Below, in pieces: positions 36,630 through 50,457 of a stretch of 64,000 nt of DNA (position 1 is its first letter; each line of letters begins with the position of its first letter). Below the pieces are notes generated by a model. That model worked only from the letters and a program-made list of their open reading frames with translations, had not been told where the DNA came from and did no database searches. This stretch comes from Saccostrea echinata (taxonomy: Eukaryota). A program made the translations under genes and the position numbers. The DNA lies in contig NW_026889778.1 in the NCBI RefSeq assembly GCF_033153115.1, positions 2,728,001 through 2,792,000 on the forward strand. The letters run 5' to 3'.

Positions 36630-36850
36630 TTGTAGGTACTGATCCATTGTGCCTTTTTTAAGTTTAAAAAGCATATATTTAGTGTGTTGTTCTTAAATAA
36701 TTTGAATCATATTAAAACCTGTCCCTAAACTTCAGAGACAAGTTTTAATATGATTCATTTAATAGAATAATTAAAATAATAAAACAACACACTAAATATA
36801 TGCTTTTAATTAAAACTTTTTAAAAATCACAATAGATCAGTACCTACAAT
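36630..36850. repeat. ~220-bp imperfect fold-back in the WASHC1 5'-UTR intron
   Basis: attgtaggtactgatc..aaaagcatatatttagtgtgttgtt..tgaatcatattaaaac is mirrored by gttttaatatgattca..aacaacacactaaatatatgctttt..gatcagtacctacaat. Confidence 0.85.
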
Positions 36851-37104
36851 AGTCGAATTCTTAGAAAAAGACCTAACGACAACTGACACGAGTTCAATGA
36901 CAGAAAAAAAGTGGGCGTCATCACATGACTGACAAAACTTTATCAATAATGAACAATGACAATTGAATGAAGTTTTGAAGAAGTATTATTTTTAAATAAC
37001 AGTAAGGTGACGCTCCATGCTTACCCTATAGTTAAAGCGTTTTAAGACTCTTATAAGGTAGGGAAAAAAAAAAACAAGGAAAATTGAAAGTCATATATAG
37101 TTCC

Positions 37105-37133
37105 GTTACCTGTGTGTGTTTAGGCCGGAAGTG
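37105..37133 (-). promoter_or_regulatory. Putative WASHC1 promoter/non-coding first exon with ETS site
   Basis: CCGGAAGTG at 37125-37133, a minus-strand donor cag|gtaac at 37110/37109 and an acceptor ttccag just upstream of ATG 36398. Confidence 0.45.
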
Positions 37134-38228
37134 CTTATATTTTCTATTGTACAGAACCTAGCAGAACGGAATACACATTTCCAATTTTAAAATCATGATT
37201 TGATCTACCCTGAATCGTGCAGAACTAATAAGGGATCGATCTATTTTATAACTTTAAAACTGTTATGTGAATATTTACTTTATAAAGTTGATCTTTAAAA
37301 AAAAAAGAAGAAGAAGAAGAGGCCCATGGGCCACAACACTCACCTGAGTAACTTAAAACCTGTTCTTAAAAGAATCCCCCCTCTTTATTTTTGTGAAAAT
37401 CATGACCCCATACTGTGGCCCCACCCAGACTCTAAGTGGTCTCTGAATCCACACATGGAGATGGTGCTTGAATATCTTTATTTTCTTAAACATTACGATC
37501 CTTCCTGTTATGTGGAGTATATTTTTTCCCTATTATGCAAACTTTATTATCAATATTACTAATCAAGGCCCCTGCTGTATTTGAGAAGATCGAACCCCCC
37601 CCCCCCCATATATTCCCATACAGAACTTAATGAACTTTAAAACTTAGAACCCGTAATGTAGCCCCACCTTACTCCCAGGGTCCCGGCGTAATTTGAATAA
37701 TTTACTGTAGTATCTACAGTTAAATACAAATTTCATTTTTCCTGGTCAAGTGGTTCTTGAGGAGATACATTTAAAAAAAAATGTTCCATTAAGTTTCCAT
37801 GAAATCTATTGAATTTGTGGCCCTACCCTCTCCCCGGGGACCATGATTTGAAAATATATTAATATCTTAAAACACGCGAATCTAAAAGAGGGGGAGGGGT
37901 ATTAAAAAGATATGAGGAGTCATGCATTTGAAGAAAATTGACTTTTCTACTTGAAAATTGATCAACAAATATGATTTAGGATAAAAAATATAGGTATCCA
38001 GGCATTTGGAGAAAATTGCATTTTTTTAATGCTTGTGCAGTATTTTAGTTCTTTTTACTTCAATTGTCATATAATATAGACATCACATATATAAGAACCT
38101 AAACTGGATGTTGTTAGATCCTAATTATGTTTATCTACATGAGCAGGGATCAAAAATATCTACATGTATTTTAATCTGATTTCAAAACTACGGAAGCCGG
38201 TAGGTGCCAGGTATAAAAAAAATATTTT

Positions 38229-38357
38229 ATCTGGCGGCCGCCAGAATTTTTAAGGTATCTAGCGGCCGCCAAATAAATTTCTGGCGGCCGTCAGATAACT
38301 TTGTGGCGGCCGCCAGATAACTTTGTGGCGGCCGCCAGATAACTTTTCTGGCGGCCA
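38229..38357. repeat. GC-rich ~21-bp tandem repeat of palindromic ctggcggccgccag
   Basis: Six copies of tggcggccgccagataac variants in AT-rich surroundings. Confidence 0.85.
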
Positions 38358-39548
38358 ATCCCATATACCATCCAGTATTAATAATTCTTTATTGAATAAC
38401 TTTAAGCCATACGGCCCATAAGCATTAACAAAATAAACGTCATTATGAATATTGCTACAACACTTCAATCCCAAAACATGCACACTAAGAACGATAACTC
38501 CCACCCACTGATACTTATACACATCACAATACTCTGAGTTATTTCCCTTAGATCATTACCGGGAGCCAAAAATTGAATAAATTTGAATTTGCACTATACC
38601 TGATGAATCATGAACATTAACATGACTACTTATGCCGCAGGTTTTGGGGCCCAACTTAGACGAGCCCACTTTTGATCTTAGTCTCACCTTTTAGCTATTT
38701 ATTTCTTTGGTAAAAGTGAGACTGAGATCAAAAGTGAGTGTTGTATACAGGTATATAGGAATGAGGAATGGCAAGTTGAACAATGGGGTGTCGATCGGAT
38801 CCCGCATTTTTTTTTTCAACTTGAGCCACATTACTTGAAATTTTAAAAAAATGTAATAAAATGCTTTTTCTATTTAAAGCAGCAGCACTTTCCAGAAACT
38901 ACAAGATATGTAGAAAATATTCGTCGATTAAAATTTGAACTTTAATTGGGATATGCCGATGCGATATTGCAATTTGTATATGACCTCCATGTGGTACAAA
39001 TTTTACTTGACTGTCAAATCAGTTGCCCAAACCATTTCAGAATAGGGTATACTATATGTTATTTCATTTCTTTGCTGTGTGGTATTTAACTAGCAAAAAT
39101 GAATGCAGTGGTGAGTTTTGATGTAAGTTAATTGATACTTTTATACAGTTTAAAATTGCAATAGCTAATTATTTCATTTTCTGTTATGTTGATAAGTTGT
39201 TATATTTTTGCGTGATGTCACAGTAAACATTTCCCGTTAAAAGTAGGCCTGTATCCTTGTTCAAGCCTTGATATAGTGCTGGGTTTCCTTATTTATTCTT
39301 TTTTTTAAATATTAACTTCACTCATGTGCAGGGATGCTTTGTGAACAATTTGGTTGATATTGGTCCATGCAGTAGTTCTGGAGAAAAAGTTGAAAATGTG
39401 AAAATTACAGACGACATACTGTCGGATGACTTAACAGATAACAGACTGTCGGGCGACTTTACAGACGACAATCTGTCGGACAATTTTACAGACGACACGA
39501 CTGTAGGAGGAATTTACAGACAACAGACTGTCGGACGAGTTTCAATTA

Positions 39549-39890
39549 CCGCTCACGGTAGCTCAGTCGATAGAGCGCACGCTCCGTGATCGGGAGGTCG
39601 TGAGTTCGAATCTCGGGCGCGACTGACCTAAGTCGGTAAAAAAATGGATAGCAACTGTTCCTTCGCCATGCGCTCGGCACTTTGAAGTGAAAGTTGCGGG
39701 TCCATCGGATGAGACCTCAAAAACCGAGATCCCGTGTCACGGCAAACGTTGGCATGATAAAGACGGAGCCCTCACTGCTCACTGGTCGTAAGTGCCGAGT
39801 AAAGGCCTTCACCGGTATATATGGTGACGTCTCTATATGAGTGAAAAATTCTCGAATGGGACCTAAAACATCACACAATCAATCAATCAA
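39549..39890 (+). mobile_element. tRNA-derived SINE (His-like head), second family
   Basis: A box tagctcagtcg, B box agttcgaatct, core tcggatgagacctcaaaaaccgagatcccgtgtc and a (caat)n tail. The 3' half is homologous to the SINE at 26139. Possible TSD tcaatta. Confidence 0.85.
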
Positions 39891-40377
39891 TTAGAATCTT
39901 TAGCTCAGGTGAGCTAAAAACTCGCTCAATCAGTAGCTCGAACCCAGTTGATACTGAAATATTGATAGACTAAAGCTTTGCATGATCCCATTTTAAAATC
40001 AATAAAAAATGCATGTATATGAAAAAAAATAATTAACTAAGTAAACAGATTTCCAAGTCAGATTGGTTAAAACCTAACTTGAGGACAGAGAGTTAAAATA
40101 TATATATAAAAAAATCATGACAATGATTTATTGAATCCGACCAGGCCAGATTTCAGACTATGCCTTGATCGCATGCGTATTGTGTCATAGCTGCACCGTT
40201 TAAAATCCACGTGTTGAATGTTTATCGATAGGTTCTCAGCCCCGTTACCTTAGTTGACCTACTAAAGCTTTTTTTCGCCTGGTTGCAAGAGGGACAAATA
40301 GCATAGGTTCCAGGTAGATAAGTTCACCAAAACTGCGCTACAAGTAGAGGTATAGTGTGCATACAAGAAGAAGAAAC

Positions 40378-43300
40378 ATGGCGAAAGACACCAGGAAAGT
40401 CGTCATAGCAATGGACGGAAGCTACCACTCGGGATATGCTTTTCAGTGTAAGTATAGTTTTCTTTACTTATGTCGATCCATGGGACAGTGACCTAGGTCA
40501 TTAGGTACGAATATAAATGTATGTCTCATCCATCTTGAAATATGGGTCTTTAGTATAAATCTGTATGGATACGTATAAATCTGTATGCGAAAATCTCGAT
40601 TGTCTTGCTGTCTTTATATGCATATAGTATGTTTACAAATTTACACCTGACCTACCAGCGTAATGATCAGTGAACACCTTGATTTTATTTTTTGTTTTGT
40701 TCTTGTAAGGTGCAAATCGATATCAATACTGTACATTATCTGTTAGGTCGGGGCAACTTTCGGGAATAAGAATTAGGGGGGACGACATCTTGTACAATGT
40801 GATTCTGTTGCGCCAGGCAATCCAAAGTCGGAAATATTGTTCTCTATCGCGCACAGACAAGGAATAAATTAGATATGCATTGAAACATGTGCTAATATAT
40901 TCTGTGTTAAAATTCTGCATCTACAAATAAAGATATACAAATATATTTTACCTGTGTTCAAGTATCATTAAATGTGTACAGGAATAAATGTAGGTTCAAA
41001 TTAAAATACTTGTTTTTTAAATGCTTATAAATGTACTTCAGTTCAAATATTAATATACCTCCAATTGAATTGCCCACATATTTTCAGTAATAGTCAAGTC
41101 AAAGTTCACTTTAATATTCACCCAAACCAAACTTGATACATGGGGTACTAATACTAATAATATAATTACATACATTTCATACAAACTGGTCAGAGGTACA
41201 TACAAAACAAAACATGGCAGAAAATATAGATAGGCTAAGTTCAATGTCACTTTTCATGATTTAAAGATGGGTGCCCAAGCACAATTCAAATTCATTTTAT
41301 GATGTATAATTTATACTTTGTAATGGGACCAATGCATTTAAGAAAAAAGTATCTGTTAATTTTGCTTTCAGTGGGCATCAAATTGCAAATAATAAGGTGC
41401 ATGTATTGTTTATTAAATATATAGACATAGCCCCAAACCATGACCCTGCAGTGATAAATTTAGGTCATGTGTACAGTTTGCCACAAGTGTTAGACTGGCT
41501 GACATCGGAGCCAGATAATTCACTAATACTGAAGGATGTACAATAGTCCAAGAAAATTAAATGGCACCATATTTTATACATGTATGATATCTAATGTGTG
41601 GTTTGTTTGCCAGAATTGCAAGGCTTTTAGAAAATATTTATTGAAGTGGTGACAGTTGGTATAAATACCTTTAACCTTAAAAAAATATATACTTTTTTTA
41701 ATTTCTGATAAAAATATATAATATAGCTTAGATATTTAATATGTTTAACTTTTATTTTTCAGAAGCATATTGGATACAGTTAATGACATGTTTTGAGCCA
41801 TGATTTTTATATCTGATCTTGTGTTTTGAATTGTTGGAAACAAAATCCATATTTTCTTAAATATTCTAACAGCAGTATAGACAACAGGAATAGATATTGA
41901 TTTTTAGCATTTCAATTTCTTGATCATACAAAACACTTTGGAGTATAATGATTTTTTTTTTCACCCTTGACCTATGACTAATTAATTCTTATTTTTCACT
42001 TCTAAGATGAAATCAAGTTTGAAATAAACCTTACATGAGTACATAAAATACCTTTTATCAGTGGTTGCCATTGCAGGAAAAGTATTTGGAATAATTCAAA
42101 TGAATGTGTTGTCATGACTATTACATAGATATAAAAGACTTTTTTAATGCTTAATCTGAACCTGTTGGAAAATCTGGATCCGCCCATGAATATACATGAG
42201 ATGATGTTTTGATTTGTCCCCCATCAGCAAGCTGTCACACAAATACTTGGTCTGTTCCTGTGTAAAGCTGTAGTTTTCAAACAACAGGGCTGATCTAACT
42301 GGCCTTAATTAAAATATGAAAATCAATATTACATCATGCACATTACGGTATGCCATGACAGACTGCTTCTCAATGCAAATTGCATTCTAGTCATGCACAT
42401 TTCATATTTCTATTTCTATGACTGCTGTTTATTAAATATTTAGTTTTTTTAAAAAAACCATTTCTTGATCATTAATTTTTTTTTAGAAATGCTTTACTCA
42501 TCAAAAAATGGCTGCCGTAAGCAGAGTATTGATATGGCGAAATGCTGATTCTATTTTAGCGAGATGCTAATTTGGACGATTAGTTCTTGAGCGCCGTTCT
42601 ATCATCAAAATGCTTAATGGCTACGGACCCAGTTTTACCTGTCTTGAAACACGGTTAGATTATTCTAAACAGAGCTCCAGAATTATAATCTCCCAAACTG
42701 TGAAGATTTACCAAAATTTTAAAGACAAACGTTTATATACATGACAGACAATATATTGTATTGGCAGATAAGTCACCCCCCCCCCCTCCCTTGGGGGGGT
42801 CGTTTTAAGATGTGTCACAAAAAATTCACAAATGAGTGTAAAATTCTGAGATGAACAATTGAACAGCAATGCATTTTGAGCACATTTCAGGCCCGTAGCA
42901 AACATTTTCAAAGAGGAGGGGGGAAGGCGGGCAACGTGCGAAAGAATTTGACAAGCCCCCCTCCCCCCCCCCCCCCCAAAAAAAACAAAATCAAAACAAA
43001 ACATAAAGTATTCAAACTCTGAAATCTTATTTCATGTGTGTGTGTGTTTGTGTGTAAGGGAGGGGTCTTTCTCTAACTTTTCGGTAGCTTTTTTTTCTTT
43101 CAGATGCTGGAATTTTTCATTTGTTTGACGATACAGCAACAAAAAGAGGGGGTAGGGAGTGGGGGTTAACGGCATCCAAATCAAAATTTATACATTAAAA
43201 CTACAGAAAAAGACTATTCTCAGAAAAAGTGCCCCCCTTTCCCCGCGTACTTCTTTTAACTTCTCCATATGATCTTGCAATTTTTCAAAACTGAAATGTA

Positions 43301-46049
43301 CCATGTTCTTGTCAAATATACATGTAATGCTAAAATGAAAATCATTTTGAGATGAATTTTACAGGGTACGTGGACAACATACGGCGACCTAATGATTATG
43401 TGTATCTGGTTCACAGTATAGAGAGATTACGTAACGAACCTTTCCAGACCGGTAAGTTTCTTAGTATAGAGAGATTACGGAACGAACCTTTCCACACCGG
43501 TAAGTTTCTTAGTATAGAGAGATTACGTCACACCTTTACAGAGGGTAAGTTTCTTAGTATACAGAGATTACGTAACGAACCTGTCCAGACCGGTAAGTTT
43601 CTTAGTATAGAAAGATTACGTCACACCTTTACAGACCTGTAAGTTTCTTAGTATAGAAACTTTTACAGACTGATAAGTTTCTTTAAAAAAGTCATGTTGT
43701 AGACTTTGCAATCAAAAATGTTTATACAATATTTACGACAGATATTAAATCATACAACAGTCTATCACCACATATTGATTTGGTAAAAGCAACGTTTAAA
43801 ATTTCCCAGTGTCTTCCAATTAATAAATATTTGTATTACATGTAAATCCTTTTTAATGTAATTACATTCTACGAGTCTGCTTGATTTTCCATTTCCCCAA
43901 ATTTAATGTATTCTGGATTATTATTCAAAATGAAAAAAAATACAGTGGTATTAAAACAGCGATAGAAGCTATACTGTTGATTGTTACCTGCTATTAGTCT
44001 ATACATCGTAATTTAAGAGCACATAGAGAGAGAGAGGTAATTATCTACCAATGCTTTAATTTAGCTACAAAAACACATTTAAGGAAGTAGGAGTATTATT
44101 AGTTTTCATGGTTTGACAAAGAGAATTTCTTCCTGTTAAGTGTCCTATTTTTTAAAGTGCCGAATTTTAAGGCCAGTATATTCATCTCTTTTTTTTAAAA
44201 CAGGAAGATTTTTTTTTTTTTTTTGTAAATTTGTTGAAATTTTATTATTTGTAGCTATGGGGACGGCTGACGTGCAAGCGATCTGTAAAGTTCTAGAGGA
44301 GGAAGAAAGTGCGGAGGCGAATCTACTGGACAAACTGAAGAAACTTATAACAGAAAACCAAGTAGGTCAAGGTCACATGTGTTATATCCATATACATTAA
44401 TATATAATGTAGATAATATGGACTTTTTTGATGTGGTTATGCAATATCAAGGAAATTATGAAGCCCCAACTTTTTCATCCTCACAATGTCAGGGGTCCCA
44501 GAGTCCACTCGTACCCGTGGGACCCCAGACAAACTTTCTTAGATTTTTTTTTGGGGGGGGGGGGATTTCCATGGTTCCAGTGACGTCCTTCGGGGAAATT
44601 ACGAATCTTATATCCCAATATACCACATTACGCCTTTTGGTGACAGATAACCAGTATCAGTACACTGAGGTGCCAGATCTTACTTTCTGTTCACAGTTTG
44701 TGCTAATTTGTGAAAGCTCCAATTTGAGAGAAGTTGCCCCCCCCCCCCAAAAAAAAAAAATCAAATGGAGTTTGTCAGATGCATCCCCACAATGTCAAGG
44801 TTTTGTGATTTCGGAACTCCACACGAACCTTTGACATAAGTAGTTATTTAGAAGTTGAAAGCCACTATTTCATTTGTTCCTGTTCTAGGACTGGAACCAA
44901 TCAGAAAACAGCTTTTATTGTAGGTAAGTTTTGTAAACAAATATGACTCGTCTTTAAAATGGAAAGTGTCAATATTGTAGGATTTGTGACTAGTTACTTT
45001 AAATGAAACACCGGGGATTAATTTTTTGAAGATCGTCCTCCTTACATGTACAATCACAAAAGATATGCTCTGGAGTTGGGCAATTTCATAACGACGGATT
45101 TGAAAAATATATTCTCATTGGTTAGTTTATACATGTAATTACCCATTATGTCATGTGTAACCACAAGCCCATCTTTTAAATACTAGTAACGACTTATGTC
45201 AAGGGTTTGTGTGGAGTTCCGAAATTAAAACCTTGACATTGTTAGGATGGTCAGCTGGGGTCCCAGGACCCACAACCCCGAGTGGACTCAGGACCCCTGA
45301 CGTTTTGAGGATGTAACCTTTTGAACTTGGAGATCATGCTTTCTCCACCGAATAAACTGTGAAATTTACCATTTTTCCAGCACTAAATGGTTGTACCTCC
45401 TCAATAACATCTACTGACCTTTTTTAATTGCTTGTTAAAAAATTTCAGTTCAGTTGTGTCCCTTAAACTGAGATTGCTCCTACAGGCCTGCATGAAAAAT
45501 ATATACTGTTTCATATAATATACAATTATTGACTTCTGATGAGGTCACTCGTGACTATCACTATACGGACCAGGTCAAGTATTGGTTGCCCGAGGCTGAA
45601 GGCAAATCACAGAACTATTTTCTTTTTAGGGTTTATTCTAGAATTTAGCAATGACAATGATATTGTTTCAGAAATGTAATCCAAAACCAAATGTAGGCTG
45701 TCTGTATCCGTACTCAATTTTTTTAACCAACAAATGCACCACGTAAATACATAATTATTGTAATATTTTGATTGGCTGCTTTCATTAGGGGTGAAATGTT
45801 TGCTTTCAGTTAAATGGTGAAGTGAAGACCGGAAGTGGAGGAAAACCCGGAGAGGTTATAATGAAGATAGCGAATGAGGTGAACGCAGACACGATCGTTT
45901 GCGGAAGTAGGGGTCACGGAAAGCTCCGAAGGACGATGCTGGGCGTGGTTAGTGACTACATCGTACACCATTCGGAAGTCCCCGTGACTGTATGTCGTCA
46001 CAAACCACACAATCCCGAGATCAGACGACAGAGTAGTTTGGAAAAATGA
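40378..46049 (+). CDS. Universal stress protein A-like (USP domain), paralogue 1, ~167 aa
   Basis: Exons 40378-40447, 43365-43451, 44255-44361 and 45810-46049 total 504 nt. KVVIAMDGSYHSGYAFQW, VYLVHSI, GKPGEVIMKIA..ADTIVCGSRGHGKLRRTMLGVVSDYIVHHSEVPVTV. Confidence 0.9.
43413..43684 (+). repeat. 45/48-bp tandem copies of the USP1 exon-2 end plus donor
   Basis: agtatagagagattacgtaacgaacctttccagaccg|gtaagtttctt occurs 5 times, plus a degenerate sixth copy. Confidence 0.9.
44476..45313. mobile_element. Long-TIR non-autonomous DNA element with an insertion splitting its left arm
   Basis: 44476-44530 and 44782-44850 are reverse-complemented by 45183-45313 (catcctcacaatgtcaggggtcc..gagtccactcg / cgagtggactcaggacccctgacgttttgaggatg; ttcggaactccacac / gtgtggagttccgaa). 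Confidence 0.7.
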
Positions 46050-47500
46050 TTCAGTCTGGTCCTTGATTGTTTCTTCATTCAGGCAGGGAGGACGTGTTCA
46101 AGCGCGTGGGCTTTAATAATGCCAGGGATTTACAAGTGCCATAATCTTTTTTTTAAAGAACCATTGATTTTTTTTTAAAGTATTCGTATTGCATGTGTGT
46201 TCAATGAAGAGTTCGTTTATAATAAATTAAGTGCGTCTCGTATTCCAAATAAATGTTCATGGTAATACAGTGTAGCTATAGACTTGTTAATTCTCAGAAC
46301 TGTTATGAAAGATAAATAAATGTACATGTATCTCATTTGTGTAATAGTAAAAAAAAATTGTTATTAAAAGCATTGGTAAGCCAGCAACCATGTTCTCTCT
46401 ATTTAGAGATAAGGTATATACATGTATCATTAATATCTAAAGAATGTTCGCGCTTGAAATTACTTGTAATTGCATTATCACAATTTTTTCGAGAGGTATC
46501 TCCAGGTGTGAGGGTAGAAGGTTTAGATGTCTAAATTTCGGGGGAAAGGAAAATTTTGGAGCAAAATACGTATTTTTCATTAAAAAACAATACTGATATA
46601 GGGCATATTCAATACGGGGAGGGGGGGTATTGGCTTATAGAAGTTTAATCATTTATACAAAGAACTGTACCGTAATGTTCGTGTCTAATTGATCCTCTTA
46701 TTGGAAGAGCTTGTTTAATTCCCTGCCTGTTGCATGCTAAGTCAGCCATCCGACACTGCAACGTCCAGTATCATTCCGATAACCTTGGAAAGTCTAGTCA
46801 GAAAAGCAGGAGATGTTTCATATCGTGGTGTGACGTGGATATTGCAGTCTAAGCAATTAAACTAAAGTAAATGCTATATAGAATCCACGACGATAATGGT
46901 CCGTATCATCACGTCGGATTGGTTATAAAGGTACCATCTATCGCTAATTTTGAGATACATGTGAATATTAAGTAGACTGGGAATTCATAAATATATATAA
47001 ATATTTATTTTTATGAATTCTAATTCTAAAATTCTAGAAGAGTCCTAGAATATTGATACACTATTTCGAAGAGTAGGAAATCTTGAAGAACGACCACGAA
47101 TGTCCTGGTCCTGATACTCAAACATGGTTTTTATCTCTATATATTTACATTTGCAATTTTTCCCCTTGCATAACACTATCTGAGTTACCGGTATTTAAGT
47201 TTGTAATTCTAAATTTGAGCATGTAAATACAGTGTGTTAACTTTTTCTACTTTGCAAAGAATCTTAAGGAAAAATATTTGGAAATGTAAATACAATATAA
47301 TACTAATAACATACTTGCAGTAATTTTATAATATTTACATTTCCAAATATTTTTCCTTAGGATTCTTCGCAAAGTAGAAAAAAGTCATAGCCCTGTGACA
47401 GATATTTTCCAGTTCTATTAAATGCAATAGCCTTATAGATAAGGATATAAAATAGATATTTTTAGTACCTTTTATGTAGTAGTCTTGTGATATATATTTT

Positions 47501-48814
47501 ACAGCACTGTTACAACGCGAAATGTAATAACAACGCAAAATGTAATAAGCCGGGATTATTGCATTTTGCGTTATTACATTTTGCCTCGAGATCAACGCAG
47601 AATGTAATAACGCAAAATGTAATAACACGATTTTTGGATTATTACATTTTGCGTCGAGATTAAGCAAAAAAAATAATAATAACGCAAAATGTAATAACAC
47701 ACTTTTTGGTCAGTCGGGTTGAGAATGATTTTCAATTGAACTGTGGATGAAGAAAATAAACGGAAAAGAAAATAAAACAAAGGAAAAATAAACACTTGCT
47801 AATTCTTACATTGGGTCTGATTTCATCATATATTGATTTCATTAGCCATTTAAAATCAGTAGATATTCAAATTATAGGTGTTGCAAATTAGTGTGTCTGT
47901 GTGTGTGTGTGTGGGGAGGGGGGGGGGGGGTATTTCGTTGATCAATGTATCAGTTTGCTTTTGCTTTGTAATAGGCACATGCATGAAATTTAGAAAAGAA
48001 TTCTTTTTAGTTTTACTGGCAGGTGTAAATATAGCGGGAAGGGTGTTTCTTGACAATTAAGATTTCATACTGTTTAACAAATAATGCGCATTGCAGACCA
48101 GCAAAAATAAAAATCCCTCTTTCTCTCTCTCTCTCTCTCTCTCTCTTCTTTCTTCAATAATAAAATGGATGGTTTCTGCATGCGCATAAAAATACAATGA
48201 TCAACATACGAAGTAACCCCTCCTCCCCGCTTTTTCTCGCCAGACACACACACATGCACTTCTAATTTGCTAACCAATGTACACAAGCACGTCGTACCTG
48301 TATATCAAGAGCTTTTAATGGACCCATGGGTCAATCTTTGGTAATTAAGAATGTAAATGATGGATATATGACACAAATTGACTTATAAATAGACATGTCA
48401 ATCAAAGTTTAGTAAATGTTTTATAAGTATTCGATAAAAATGTGAGAAACAGAATTAAAAAAAAATATACAATTGGATTTAGTAATGTCCGTAAAAGCCG
48501 TAACGTTTTTCTCATAATCATAGATCTGTATGTCTATTTAGTAAAGCGAGCTTCCCCTTTGTTATATGTTTAAATCAGTTTTGTAATGTTTCGCGTTAAA
48601 CAAAATACAAAAAATAATTATATTTTGTTTTATTACATTTAGTTTTATTACATTTTGCGTTGTCATCAATGCAAAAATTAAGTAACGCAATATGTAACAA
48701 CGAAAAAGTGCATTTTTACATTTTGCGTTAACCCCAACGCAAAATGTAATAACGCAAAATGTAATAATCCCAATTTATTACATTTTGCGTTGTTATTACA
48801 TGTAATAGCCCTGT
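47501..48814. mobile_element. DNA element with subterminal acgcaaaatgtaataa repeats in both orientations
   Basis: Motif clusters at 47515-47700 and 48630-48800; the termini are roughly inverted. Confidence 0.6.
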
Positions 48815-49097
48815 GACAGATATTTTCCATGCAGAACCATTTTTATCTGGTTATCCTCTTACAGATTATTCAATAAACATATCATCTATTGACCCACTTG
48901 CAGATATATCATGGTACCTTAATAATCTACTTAGAAATGGTACAGTTAACTCTGTACCTCCACAATCTGGCAGAGATTTCATGGCACGTCTAAAATTAAA
49001 TTATCCACAGGTACTGCTAACCGGGAACTCATATCTAGTAATATTCCATAGTTAAAGCTCTCCGAGTATATTATCTGATGATCCTCTGTTCCATTAT

Positions 49098-49365
49098 CAG
49101 TGATGGGACATCGGTTATTTTTCATAATCGATTATCGGTTGGACTCGGTTACTGCTTCCCATGCGATTTTACCGATTATAATCGGATGTCATAGTTTTGT
49201 ATATAAAAAGCAGACTATTGCAATTCTTTAACATGAATATATAAAATATATAATATATTATTAGCTCACCTGAGCTGAAAGCTAAAGTGAGCTTTTCTGA
49301 TCACATTTTGTCTGTAGTCCGTCTGTCCGTCAGTCTGTCTGTAAACTTTCACATTTTCGACTTCT

Positions 49366-49397
<32 letters not shown>

Positions 49398-49399
49398 GC

Positions 49400-49450
<51 letters not shown>

Positions 49451-50420
49451 ACGCCCTCATTCAAGGGGAGATAATTCAGAAATAGTGAAAATTTGATGGC
49501 AAACTTTAAAAATCTTCTTCTCAAGAATCACTGGCCCAAAAAAGTTGAAACTTATAGGAAACCTTTGTTATATAGGGTAGATTCAAGTTTGTTCAAATCA
49601 TGACCCCTGGGGGTAGGGTGGGGCCACAATGGGGGATCAAAGTTTTACATAGGAATATATAGGAAAAAACTTCAAAAATCTTCTTCTCAAGAAAAGTAAA
49701 GCCATGATTTGTCATATTGATATGGAAGCATCCTAAGGTATTGTAGATTCAAGTTTGTTCAAATCATGACCCCTGGGGGTAGGGTGGGGTCACAATGGGG
49801 GATCAGAGTTTTACATAGAAATATGTAGGAAAAAATCTTTAAAAATCTTCTCAATAACAGCAAAGCCATGATTTGTCATATTAATATGGAAGCATCCTCA
49901 GGTAGTGTAGATTAAAATTTGTTCAAATCATGACCCCCAGGGGTAGGATGGGGCAACAATGGGGGATCAAAGTTTTACATTGAAATATATAGGAAAAAAT
50001 CTTTAAAATTCTTCTCACGAACAGCAAAACCTTGTTTAGTCATATTGATATGTAAGCATCCTAGGGAGGAGTCACAATGGGGGATCAAAGTTTTACATAG
50101 GAATATAAAGGAAAAAATCTTTGTCTCAAGAACAGCAAAGTCATGTTTATTTATATTGATATGTAAGCATCCTCCGGTAGTGTAGATTAAAGTTTGTTCA
50201 AATGATTACCCCTGGAGGTAGGGAGGGGCCACAATGGGGTATCAAATTTTTACAAAGGAATATATAGGAAAAAAATCTTTAAAAATATTCTACGCAAGAA
50301 CAGCAAAGCGATTTGTTATATTGATATGGAAGCATCCTCATTTAGTTTCAAATTCAAGTCCCCCCCCCCCCCTGTAAACTTTTCAATGCTGAATTGATTT
50401 GTGCTTTCCTAGCCATTGTG

Positions 50421-50457
<37 letters not shown>

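Larger units (their letters stand above)
37317..39920 (-). mobile_element. HINE/Helentron-type element in reverse orientation with nested insertions
   Basis: aagaggcccatgggccacaacactcacctgag at 37317, ctcaggtgagctaaaaa at 39904-39920, an acagacgac microsatellite at 39407-39535 and degenerate satellite units at 37380-37860. Confidence 0.65.

Noticed and set aside
39549-39625. tRNA-His gene
   Set aside because: Acceptor stem not formed and no oligo-T terminator; it is the head of a SINE.
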